Position numbers and translations under genes: made by a program | NCBI GenBank assembly: GCA_963765495.1 | Contig: CAVXWP010000001.1 | Coordinates: 576,001-640,000 of the forward strand | Source of the DNA: Blastocatellia bacterium | GTDB lineage: Bacteria; Acidobacteriota; Blastocatellia; UBA7656 | Direction: 5' to 3' | Length of the DNA stretch: 64,000 bases | Part shown: one piece after another, positions 50,834 through 59,914 of the stretch | Numbering within the stretch: the first letter of the stretch is position 1 | How the letters are laid out: every line of letters starts with the position of its first letter | The notes under the pieces: generated by a model | What the model saw: only the letters and a program-made list of their open reading frames with translations | Databases searched by the model: none | What the model was told of the DNA's origin: nothing

Positions 50834-51565
50834 TCACCTGTAGAGCCTTTGCTCGTTTATATACTGCTCGGCCGCTGCGGGCACAAGCCCCGTAATCGAC
50901 TCTCCCGCCCGGAGTCGCTCTCTCACCTCGGTTGCCGAGCGCTCGCCCAGATACTCAGGGAAATCGAGATACAGCACGCGCTCGTGAAACCAGGCTGGCT
51001 CTCGACTGATGAGAGCTTTAACATCTTTCAGGTCCGCGCCTGACCGGCTTGCGACTATCAGGCTGCTGTTTTCAAAAAGGTATTCAAGAGATTCCCGGCG
51101 GTCGTTGAATTTCCTGTGATAGGCGGGCGTGTATCTGTTTTCGGGATCGAGCACGCGCTCGAATGTATCGAAGCCGAGTATGAAGTGCAACTCGGTTTGC
51201 GGAGGGTAAATCAATTTGAGCGCCTCTACAAGATCGACGAAGTAAGCGTGCGATGCCAGACCTACAGACACGCGAGGGTCATCATCGAAGGTGAGAACAA
51301 GCATCCGCAGTCGATCTTCGAGCGAGCAGGCATAATCGGACTTATCCGCATTGGCCTTGCTTGCGAGCACGAGCGTTGAATCGAGCGAGAATTGCCGGGC
51401 AGCGCGTCTGACAAGCTCGATGTGAGCTATGGTCACGGGATTGAACGAAGAAGCAAAAACGCCGAGGCGAGGCCCTCTCATCTGTGCTTGCTTGATAAGC
51501 TTGATTTCGGGGTAGCCCGCCGCGCCCGTTTGATCAATTATCTGTTTGAGGTTACCCCGTTCCAT
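50834..51565 (-). CDS. Nicotinate-nucleotide adenylyltransferase-like (NadD family)
   Basis: SFNPVTIAH, FILGFD, SATEVR, YINEQRLY; likely start MERG at 51565. Confidence 0.8.
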   Translation of the reverse strand: MERGNLKQIIDQTGAAGYPEIKLIKQAQMRGPRLGVFASSFNPVTIAHIELVRRAARQFSLDSTLVLASKANADKSDYACSLEDRLRMLVLTFDDDPRVSVGLASHAYFVDLVEALKLIYPPQTELHFILGFDTFERVLDPENRYTPAYHRKFNDRRESLEYLFENSSLIVASRSGADLKDVKALISREPAWFHERVLYLDFPEYLGERSATEVRERLRAGESITGLVPAAAEQYINEQRLYR

Positions 51566-51585
51566 AGCGATGCCGAAAGCATAGC

Positions 51586-52065
51586 TTACAACAGATGAGC
51601 CAACTGTCCCAGCCAGACAAGCACCGCCGCATAGACGCCCGCGAGCGCGTCGTCGCTCATCACACCCAGTCCCGCGTGAAAGTGTTCGAGTTTGCGAATC
51701 GGGTAAGGCTTGAATATGTCGAAGAGGCGAAACAGAACGAAGGCCGCGATCACCCCAACAACCGAAGGCGCAACCGCCATAGGCACAAGCGAGATCAACT
51801 GCCCGCTCACCTCGTCGATCACGACCTGACCCGGGTCTTCCAGTCCGCAAATCTCGCACGCGCGGTTTGCGGCCCACACTCCCACAACGTAGACGACTAT
51901 ATTGACCGCTATGAGCAATAACAGAAAACCGCGCGGCGAAAGCGGCAGCGCGCTCATAGCCAGAAACAACCCCACGCCCTCGATAGCGCCAAAAGTCCCC
52001 GGGGCCAGGGGCGCAAACCCTGCTCCGAACCCGGTCGCTATGAAGTAGGCAAAACGATTCAGCAT
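51586..52065 (-). CDS. pgpA: Phosphatidylglycerophosphatase A
   Basis: ATGFGAG..P.APGTFG, DPGQVVIDEVSG, FRLFDIFKP, GVMSDD..AG. Confidence 0.93.
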   Translation of the reverse strand: MLNRFAYFIATGFGAGFAPLAPGTFGAIEGVGLFLAMSALPLSPRGFLLLLIAVNIVVYVVGVWAANRACEICGLEDPGQVVIDEVSGQLISLVPMAVAPSVVGVIAAFVLFRLFDIFKPYPIRKLEHFHAGLGVMSDDALAGVYAAVLVWLGQLAHLL

Positions 52066-52070
52066 AGAAG

Positions 52071-52192
52071 AGGGACCAGGGGCCGACTGGCGCATGATGC
52101 GCTATCGCGCGGCGCGGGGCTGGGGGCCAGTCTGCTGCAAGAGAAACAGTCATCTTAGCCCGGAGCCCCCGGCCCCTGACCCCCGGCCCCCG
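52071..52192. repeat. GGGGCC-heptamer family palindromic element inside operon
   Basis: AGGGGCC/GGGGCTGGGGGCCAG ... CCCCCGGCCCCTGACCCCCGGCCCCCG; same heptamer at 1353-1370. Confidence 0.65.
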
Positions 52193-52193
52193 A

Positions 52194-53552
52194 CTAAACG
52201 ATTCTTCCGATCAAATCGTAATCGTGCGCTTCGGTAATCTCTACGGTGACGAAATCGCCCGGCTGCGCCAGCCGGTCTTCCTCCACATCGTTGATCAGAA
52301 TTGATCCGTCAATCTCGGGCGCTTGAGATTGCATGCGGCCTTCAAGCAACAGGTCGCTTTCTTTCGAACGACCTTCGAGCAGGACCGGCACGCGGCGGCC
52401 TACGAGCGAGCGGTTTTTGCGCCTTGAAATCCGCGCCTGCTCTTTCATCAAACGGCGCTCGCGGTTTTTCATCGTTGCCTGATCCACTTTTTCATTGAGC
52501 GCAAAGGCAGCCGAGTTCTCTTCATCCGAATAGGTGAATACGCCCACGCGGTCGAACTCTACTGCGCGAGTAAAATCAAGAAGCTCTTCGAAGTCCTCTT
52601 CGCGCTCGCCCGGGAAACCGACTATGAAGGTAGTACGAACGGCAACATCGGGCACGCGCTTTCGTATGCGCTCGATCATGCGTTCGTAAGAACCGCGCCC
52701 GCCGCCTCTGCGCATGCGCTGAAGCACTCGGCGGCTCGCGTGCTGGAGCGGTATATCGAAGTATGAGCAGACGTTCGGGCGTTCGGCCATCACGCGCAGC
52801 AACTCGTCCGAGATGCCTGTCGGATAGCAATAAAGAAATCTGATCCAGTCGAGGCCGCCAATGTCGGCAAGCGAGTCAAGCAGGCGGGCGAGTCCGTCCT
52901 TAAGAGCGAGGTCTGTGCCGTAGTTGACCGTGTCCTGCGAGATGAGAACTACTTCCCTGACGCCCTGAGCCGCGAGCATTTCGGCCTCTCTCAGGATCGA
53001 TTCGGGCGAACGCGAACGAAAGGTGCCGCGCAAGCGTGGGATTATGCAAAACGCGCAGGTGTGATCGCACCCTTCGGCTATTTTTATGTATGAAGTGTAT
53101 GGCGCGGTGGCGCGAATGCGCGGCGTGGTTTCATCATAAAGATAAAGCTCCGGGGCGGAGGCTCCTTCGCTGTAAACGGGAAGCTTTCTTCGACCGCCCG
53201 GCTCGGCCACGTCCAGAATATCTTCCAGTTGATTGACTCCGATGCAGGCGTCTATCTCGGGTATCTCGCGCTGAAGCTCGTCCTTGTATCGTTCGACCAG
53301 ACATCCGGCGACGATCAATCGCTTGAGATTGCCCGATTGTTTGAGGCCGGCCATCTCGAGGATCGTGTCTACGGATTCCTGCCGCGCAGAGTCGATGAAT
53401 CCGCACGTGTTGACGACGAGTATATCGGCCCGGTCGCGGTCGGCAGTCAGTTCATACCCTTTGCGGGCGAGCATGCCAAGCATCACCTCGCTGTCAACAA
53501 GGTTCTTCGGGCAGCCCAGGCTCACCATTCCTACTCTCTTTTTTTCAGCCAT
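52194..53552 (-). CDS. rimO: Ribosomal protein S12 methylthiotransferase
   Basis: SLGCPKNLVDSE, NTCGFI, CDHTCAFC radical SAM motif, APEIDG TRAM domain. Confidence 0.96.
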   Translation of the reverse strand: MAEKKRVGMVSLGCPKNLVDSEVMLGMLARKGYELTADRDRADILVVNTCGFIDSARQESVDTILEMAGLKQSGNLKRLIVAGCLVERYKDELQREIPEIDACIGVNQLEDILDVAEPGGRRKLPVYSEGASAPELYLYDETTPRIRATAPYTSYIKIAEGCDHTCAFCIIPRLRGTFRSRSPESILREAEMLAAQGVREVVLISQDTVNYGTDLALKDGLARLLDSLADIGGLDWIRFLYCYPTGISDELLRVMAERPNVCSYFDIPLQHASRRVLQRMRRGGGRGSYERMIERIRKRVPDVAVRTTFIVGFPGEREEDFEELLDFTRAVEFDRVGVFTYSDEENSAAFALNEKVDQATMKNRERRLMKEQARISRRKNRSLVGRRVPVLLEGRSKESDLLLEGRMQSQAPEIDGSILINDVEEDRLAQPGDFVTVEITEAHDYDLIGRIV

Positions 53553-53651
53553 GTACTTCTTCTCTTAAGTCCTTCAGGTCAGCGATTTGCGCGCTGAGGT
53601 AAACAACCATATTAAATCATCGGCTGAAGATTTGCCAGCATGGACTGTAGA

Positions 53652-55070
53652 GCCGAAGCACGTAACTTTTACTGATAGAGAAATGAGATAAACTCCATAA
53701 GTCTGCTCAAGACACTATAAACCTTTTGAAGGAGAAGACTTATGGAGCCTGACACAGTTCATTCTATCGCCAATCTCATCTTTGACGCTATGCCTGCCTC
53801 TAGCTTTAGTGACAAATCTGCCCACCAGATGGAACAACTTGTTCAGCAACTTCTGGCTTCTATCGCCAACTCCCTGATGCAGGATTTCTTATTTCCTTCC
53901 AGAATCAACCAGATTCAGCAACTTGTAGAGAGTGGTCAAATTCTCTGCAAAAGCTGTGGTTCGCTTCTTAAACTCCACAAACGTGACTGCTCGATTCATC
54001 CAAAGACGATCTTTGCCTCAAAGATTACCCTTACTCGCAATCAATACCATTGTCAGCAGTGTGACTCCTACACCATGGTCGCTGACCAGGAGCTTGAGTT
54101 GCTATCTCGGCAGATGCTGCCCCGCTTAGCTTTGATTGTTGTGATGTGTGGAGCAAGCTGGCCTTACGGCGTGGCTTCTGCCTTCCTCGATTTTTTGTTC
54201 GGCGTAGAAGTTTCGGCAAAGACCGTAGAACTTGCTACGACAGATGAGCGGCTGTTGCCTGACGAACTTGACCCTGCCCCAATGGATCAGCCTCCAGGCC
54301 TAGTGACAATGGATGGCGTTGTAATACACGGACGCAAAAAGGAGCAATGGCTTGAGATGAAAGTGGGCGAGTTTTTCTCCTCCGTTGTAGAAGTGAGCAA
54401 AGATCGTCGAGAGGTAATGGATGCAAGCTTTGTGGCCAATGCGTGCGAGCGGTGGGTGGATTTTCAAGCTCCGGTAACTGAGGAAGCCTTGCGCCGTGGG
54501 ATAGGCCCGACATCAGAGGTGGAGTTTGTCGCTGATTCAGCAGAAGGGATATGGAGTTTGTGCGATATGGTATTCCCCTGTGCGAAAAAACGACTCGATC
54601 TCTATCACGCAAAGTGCAAGGTAGGCGAGCGAAGTCGGGAGGCATACTCTGGGAGAGGAGATAAGAAACAGAGGCAGGAGAAGTTACAACAATGGCTAGA
54701 GGAAGGAGAAACAGGGCAAGCGCTAAAGTACCTGCAAAAGCATATGCCGAAGAGTGAAACGAAGAAGGAGGCAGCAAAGAAGTTAATCAGATACCTGAAA
54801 CGAAATGAAGAGAGGATAGTCAATTATGAGCAAGTAAAGGAGGAAGGAGGGACGAGAAGCAGTGGGCTTCAAGAGAAAGGAAATGACCTAATAGTAAATC
54901 GAAGGATGAAGGAAGGGATAATGCATTGGAGTAGAGAAGGAGCCAATCCAATCCTATTGCAAAGGACAGGATTCATAAACAAGTATGCGAGGGCAAGGAC
55001 AGGTCCTTACGAATTAGCTTTCTGTCAAGCCTGACTTCTTTTTCTTCCAGTAATTCTTACGTGCGTCGCC
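53652..55070 (+). mobile_element. Insertion sequence, ISKra4/ISLre2-like, with 23-bp imperfect terminal inverted repeats
   Basis: Left GCCGAAGCACGTAACTTTTACTG vs reverse complement of right GGCGACGCACGTAAGAATTACTG (18/23); more A+T-rich than flanks; no obvious target duplication. Confidence 0.8.
53742..55034 (+). CDS. ISKra4/ISLre2-like DDE transposase
   Basis: CxxC..CxxC, MDG, ADSAEGIW, LDLYHA, SSG..E...VNRRMK...HWSREGA. Confidence 0.85.
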   Translation: MEPDTVHSIANLIFDAMPASSFSDKSAHQMEQLVQQLLASIANSLMQDFLFPSRINQIQQLVESGQILCKSCGSLLKLHKRDCSIHPKTIFASKITLTRNQYHCQQCDSYTMVADQELELLSRQMLPRLALIVVMCGASWPYGVASAFLDFLFGVEVSAKTVELATTDERLLPDELDPAPMDQPPGLVTMDGVVIHGRKKEQWLEMKVGEFFSSVVEVSKDRREVMDASFVANACERWVDFQAPVTEEALRRGIGPTSEVEFVADSAEGIWSLCDMVFPCAKKRLDLYHAKCKVGERSREAYSGRGDKKQRQEKLQQWLEEGETGQALKYLQKHMPKSETKKEAAKKLIRYLKRNEERIVNYEQVKEEGGTRSSGLQEKGNDLIVNRRMKEGIMHWSREGANPILLQRTGFINKYARARTGPYELAFCQA

Positions 55071-55071
55071 G

Positions 55072-55539
55072 ATGAGGAAAGGGATAGTTGACATCAACAG
55101 ACGAGTAGAAGTAAGTCGAGGGGCCAGCTCTCGTTATCTTGAAGGGCTGGCTGTAGTAGGAGAGCCAAAGCCGTCGCGCAAACTCTTCGACGAGGTCTGT
55201 AGTCGAGTGGAGGTTGAAGGGAGAAAATACAGACCGCTTCGACCGATCACTCTCGAAGAGAGCGAACTGTTCAAGGCGGTTCTCAAAGGAGAGAACCAGA
55301 TACAGGGTATTCGCAACGAAGCGATAAGAAAGCAGCTTTATGGGGAAGAAGAAAGAGATGAGCAAAAGCGTCGAAGAGCATCTGGGCGAGTGAGCAGAAA
55401 GCTGATGCTGTTGCGAGCACATGGATTGATATACCGAGTGCCGCGAACGAATTATTATCGAGTGACGAAGAAAGGGCATGAGGTTATGTCAACGGCAATA
55501 AAGTTCCGCGAAAGCGACATCGCTTTGCTGGCGGCATAA
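55072..55539 (+). pseudogene. C-terminal winged-helix fragment of a probable mobile-element protein, truncated at the IS end
   Basis: Starts immediately after the right TIR with no SD; basic wHTH-like GIRN..IR, SRKLMLLRAHGLI.RVP.TNYY.VT.KG; followed by TTCTTG..CAAGAA hairpin. Confidence 0.6.
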
Positions 55540-55576
55540 TTTCTTGCTCAAAAAACAAGAAGTTGAGACCTTGTCA

Positions 55577-55632
55577 CACAGAGACACAGAGATTTTTATA
55601 ATTCTTCTCTGTGTCTCTGTGCCTGCGGTGGC
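55577..55632. repeat. CACAGAG-family palindrome with a shortened left arm
   Basis: CACAGAGACACAGAGA / TCTCTGTGTCTCTGTG. Confidence 0.75.
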
Positions 55633-55673
55633 AAATATTTTCCCTGGCTGAACAGATTAACTTTGATGGCTGG

Positions 55674-57200
55674 TTACTGTTTTGGCGCTCGCTCGTATAG
55701 CTCTGTCATCTCGCCCAGCCGGTCGCTCAGTTCTCTGGTCAGAGCGCCGGGTTTATATCGCCAGGTCCAGTTATCGTCCTGGCTCGCGGGCAGATTCATG
55801 CGCGCGGAGGAATCCAGCCCGAGCACGTCCTGAAGCGGAATGATCGCAAGATCGGCGACCGAAGCCATAATCGCTCTTATAAAGTCCCAGTTGATTTCCT
55901 TGCCGGTTGAGTCGAGGTACTTAAGGCAAAAGGCGCGCTCGTGTTCGATCTGTTCGAGATCGCGGGTCGATCCTTCGCCCGGCTTGCTTTGGAACCACCC
56001 TACGGTCGTGTCGTTGTCGTGCGTGCCGGTATAGGCCGCCACGTCCCGTATGTAATGATGCGGCAGATGCGTATTGGAACTGTCGCCGCCAAAGGCGAAT
56101 TGCAAAACGCGCATTCCGGGGAAGTGGAACTCATCGCGCAACTCTTCAACATCGGGCGTGATAGTGCCCAGGTCTTCGGCAAGTATCGGAAGCTCTCGGA
56201 ATTCTTGCTTGAGGGCTGAAAACAATTCGCGTCCGGGCACTTCGATCCATCGACCGTTTTCGGCCGTCTCGTCTGTAGCAGGAATCTCCCAGCAGGCGGC
56301 AAACCCGCGAAAATGATCTACGCGAACTATGTCTACCAGATGTAATGAGAACCGCATGCGATCAATCCACCACCTGAATCCGGTTTGTCTCATTCTGTCC
56401 CAGTCGTAGAGAGGATTGCCCCAACGCTGCCCCGTCTCGCTAAAGGCATCGGGCGGCACTCCTGACACCACCGTTGAGTTTCCCTTCTCATCGAGCCTGA
56501 ACATATCCGGGTGCGTCCAGACATCGGCCGAGTTATGGGCTACGAAGATGGGCATATCGCCGATGATTTTTATCCCGTGTTTGTTGGCATATGATTTAAG
56601 CTCAAGCCACTGTTTGAAGAAGAGATATTGAAAGAATTTGTGCGCCCGGATGCGGTCGCTTAGCTCGTGGCGTGCGCTCTCAATCGCTCCCTTGTCGCGG
56701 CGAATAAGGTCCGGTTCCCACTCGTTCCAGACATCGCTTGAGCGCGATTCCTGAAGGGCGCGAAACAGCGCGTAATCCTCAAGCCAGGCCGAAGCGTAGC
56801 GGCTGAAGTTTTCAAAATCATCACTCAAGTGGTTATTGTTTCCGCGCTTGAAAGCCTTATAAGCCTTTTCAAGCAACTGATTTTTGTACTCGATTGCCTT
56901 GCCGAAATCGACGCGGTCGGCAGATGTTTTCGGGGCGCTGGCTGTATCGCTCTTTGATAAAAGTCTGTCGCCTGCCAGACGGTCCGGGTTTATGAGCAGC
57001 GTGTTTCCGGCAAAGGCCGAGAAGGATTGATAAGGTGAGTTGCCGTAACCGGGCGGGCTGAGCGGCAATATCTGCCAGAGGCTTTGCTTGCTTTCGGAAA
57101 GAAAATTTACGAAATCATAGGCATCGCGTCCCAGATCGCCTGCGCCGCAAGGGCCGGGAAACGACGTGGGATGCAGGAGTATTCCGCACGATCTCTTCAT
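55674..57200 (-). CDS. malQ: 4-alpha-glucanotransferase (GH77)
   Basis: GILLHPTS, WQILP, RVDHFRG, AEDLG, YTGTHDNDT. Confidence 0.96.
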   Translation of the reverse strand: MKRSCGILLHPTSFPGPCGAGDLGRDAYDFVNFLSESKQSLWQILPLSPPGYGNSPYQSFSAFAGNTLLINPDRLAGDRLLSKSDTASAPKTSADRVDFGKAIEYKNQLLEKAYKAFKRGNNNHLSDDFENFSRYASAWLEDYALFRALQESRSSDVWNEWEPDLIRRDKGAIESARHELSDRIRAHKFFQYLFFKQWLELKSYANKHGIKIIGDMPIFVAHNSADVWTHPDMFRLDEKGNSTVVSGVPPDAFSETGQRWGNPLYDWDRMRQTGFRWWIDRMRFSLHLVDIVRVDHFRGFAACWEIPATDETAENGRWIEVPGRELFSALKQEFRELPILAEDLGTITPDVEELRDEFHFPGMRVLQFAFGGDSSNTHLPHHYIRDVAAYTGTHDNDTTVGWFQSKPGEGSTRDLEQIEHERAFCLKYLDSTGKEINWDFIRAIMASVADLAIIPLQDVLGLDSSARMNLPASQDDNWTWRYKPGALTRELSDRLGEMTELYERAPKQ

Positions 57201-57286
57201 TCAAATCCTCAAATAGATAATTATGACGGGCAAGAGAACTGATTTGACGCGCCGAAACCGGGAGCCGAAATCAGGGGCCGAGCGGA

Positions 57287-57535
57287 TCAGGCTATGCCTG
57301 CGCCTCGCGTTTTTATCGTAGTTAAAAGTGCTTTCTTACTGGAGGATTTTAACTGGCGCAATTCTCGCAAGGCTCCTATCTCCTGGCTCAACTGCCGCAG
57401 CAGTGACATCTCCCTGCTCAATGATTTTACATCCTTCCTGAGGTCGGACTTCAGGGTCTGTATTTTCCTTGTCCTAGCATCGATCAAACGATCCAGAGCG
57501 ACAAGCTCTTCAACGGGGAATCTATTCTCTTTCAT
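57287..57535 (-). CDS. Small basic coiled-coil hypothetical protein (82 aa)
   Basis: AAGAGG SD before MKENRFP; heptad pattern. Confidence 0.5.
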   Translation of the reverse strand: MKENRFPVEELVALDRLIDARTRKIQTLKSDLRKDVKSLSREMSLLRQLSQEIGALRELRQLKSSSKKALLTTIKTRGAGIA

Positions 57536-57967
57536 GCTGCACCTCTTATGCCGATGCTGAAACATACGGCGTCCACAAACTGACTGGATTCTACCACACT
57601 TATTATAGCTATTGTCATCAATCCTAATCCCAGCAAGAAATATTCCACAGTTTTCGAGCAGAGCCGTTTTATTTTTCAATAGTCTTTTTGGCATTTGCGG
57701 CCCGCGAGAGGCTGCCACATACAAAGACGCTAAAAAACTGCAAAGCCTTTCATAAGGTATCAGTCCTTCCAACAGGACATGGCCGGATCATTTAAAAACC
57801 AAACGGCCCCAATCAGGCAAACCTGCCCCGTTCACTTACGCCGTTATTGCTCTTTACATTTGGCCGCATCATGGTGCACGCTATTTTCAGGCCGATCCAA
57901 CCGGCTTTGTGGATTGCTTGATACTATATCTCGCGCAAGCGGCCTCGTGGCCGCCTACTTTTAATTA

Positions 57968-59914
57968 ATGCCAAAAAACAATAAAGCGAATACGCGCAGG
58001 CGGGCGTCAGCCGGGAAGCTCTCTGTGGGGGCCGAGGTATTGTCTGACGGTGGGGTTCGTTTCCGCGTATGGGCCTCAGGGTGCAAGAAGGTAGAAGTAG
58101 TAGTCGAAAACAAGACCGAATCTGGGCCGGGCCGATTGCCTCTGGCCGTTGAGTTGGAACCGGAAGCCGGTGGCTACTTTTCGGGTTTCCTACCCGAAGC
58201 AGGCGCGGGTGCTCTTTACAGATACAGGCTCGATTCCGGCGATGATCTTTATCCCGACCCTGCCTCGCGGTTTCAGCCCGAAGGTCCGCACGGGCCTTCT
58301 GAGGTCATTGACCCCAGCCTGTTTAAGTGGACCGACACAAAGTGGGGGGGCGCTCGCATTGATGGTCAGGTGATCTATGAAATGCACATCGGCACATTCA
58401 CCGAAGAGGGCACGTGGGAGGCCGCTACGCGTGAGCTCGACGAGCTTGCCGAGCTTGGCATAACTGCAATCGAGGTCATGCCGGTTCACGAATTCCCCGG
58501 TCGGTTCGGGTGGGGATACGACGGCGTAGACCTGTTTGCGCCGACTCGTCTCTACGGCGTGCCTGATGATTTTCGCCGCTTCGTTGACCGCGCGCACGGG
58601 GCAGGGATCGCCGTGATTCTGGATGTCGTTTACAACCACCTGGGGCCGGACGGCAATTATCTCAAACAGTTTTCCGAGAATTATTTTTCAAAAGAGTACG
58701 ACACGGACTGGGGCGAAGCCATAAACTTCGATGGGGAAAATTCCGAACCGGTGCGCGAATTTTTCATCTCTAACGCCTGTTACTGGATCACGGAATTTCA
58801 TCTGGACGGGTTACGCATTGATGCCACGCAAAATATTTACGACAAATCGGACGACCATATCCTCGGAGTTCTCACGCGTCGGGCCAGAGAGGCGGCCGGG
58901 AAGCGAGCCATCTTTGTCGTAGGCGAAAACGAGCCCCAACAGGCGAAGCTGCTCAGAAAACCGGAAGAGGGCGGTTACGGGCTTGACGCGCTCTGGAACG
59001 ACGATTTCCATCATACGGCGATGGTCTTTTTGACGGGACGCCGGGAAGCCTACTACACCGATTACACGGGCACGCCGCAGGAATTTATCTCGGCGGCAAA
59101 ATGGGGATTTCTCTATCAGGGACAGCGCTACAAATGGCAAAAACAGAGACGCGGGACTCCTACGTTCGGGCTGGCCCCCTCTGCTTTTATCAATTTCATA
59201 CAGAATCACGATCAGGTAGCAAACTCTGCGCGAGGCGACCGCGTGCATCGCCTGACGGGTCCGGGGCTCTATCGCGCGATGACCGCTCTGATGCTGCTTA
59301 TGCCGGGAACGCCCATGCTGTTTCAGGGGCAGGAATTCGCCGCATCGAGCCCGTTTCAATACTTTGCCGATCACGCGCCCGAGCTTGCCAAACTTGTGAC
59401 GCGTGGCCGCCTAAAGTTCCTCTCTCAGTTTCGGAGCCTCGCGCTCGAAGAGATGCACGCGGGGATTGATGAGATGGCCCCAAACGATCTGGAGACCTTT
59501 ACGCGCTCGAAGCTCGATTTCGCGGAGCGCGAGCGCCACAAAGAGATTTATGAAATGCACCGCGACCTGCTCGGGCTGCGTCAAAACGACGCGGTATTCA
59601 GCGCGCAGAAAAAGGGCGCGCTTGACGGGGCGGTGCTCGGGGCCGAGGCGTTTGTCTTGCGCTTCTTCGGGGAGGGCGGAGACGACCGGCTTCTGATTGT
59701 AAATCTCGGCGAAGACATGCGTTTTGACCCGGCCCCCGAACCATTGCTTGCGCCGCCCGAAGAGAAGAGGTGGCAGGCAATCTGGTCCAGCGAAGACCCT
59801 CGATATGGAGGGTTGGGAACGCCTCCGCTCGATACGAAAAAGAACTGGCAACTTCCGGGGCGTTCGGCTGTCGCCCTTCGGGCAATACAGAGGGAGGATG
59901 AAGAAAATGAATGA
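57968..59914 (+). CDS. treZ: Malto-oligosyltrehalose trehalohydrolase (GH13)
   Basis: DPASRFQPEGPHGPS, WGYDGV, DVVYNH, GLRIDA, QNHDQ. Confidence 0.9.
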   Translation: MPKNNKANTRRRASAGKLSVGAEVLSDGGVRFRVWASGCKKVEVVVENKTESGPGRLPLAVELEPEAGGYFSGFLPEAGAGALYRYRLDSGDDLYPDPASRFQPEGPHGPSEVIDPSLFKWTDTKWGGARIDGQVIYEMHIGTFTEEGTWEAATRELDELAELGITAIEVMPVHEFPGRFGWGYDGVDLFAPTRLYGVPDDFRRFVDRAHGAGIAVILDVVYNHLGPDGNYLKQFSENYFSKEYDTDWGEAINFDGENSEPVREFFISNACYWITEFHLDGLRIDATQNIYDKSDDHILGVLTRRAREAAGKRAIFVVGENEPQQAKLLRKPEEGGYGLDALWNDDFHHTAMVFLTGRREAYYTDYTGTPQEFISAAKWGFLYQGQRYKWQKQRRGTPTFGLAPSAFINFIQNHDQVANSARGDRVHRLTGPGLYRAMTALMLLMPGTPMLFQGQEFAASSPFQYFADHAPELAKLVTRGRLKFLSQFRSLALEEMHAGIDEMAPNDLETFTRSKLDFAERERHKEIYEMHRDLLGLRQNDAVFSAQKKGALDGAVLGAEAFVLRFFGEGGDDRLLIVNLGEDMRFDPAPEPLLAPPEEKRWQAIWSSEDPRYGGLGTPPLDTKKNWQLPGRSAVALRAIQREDEENE

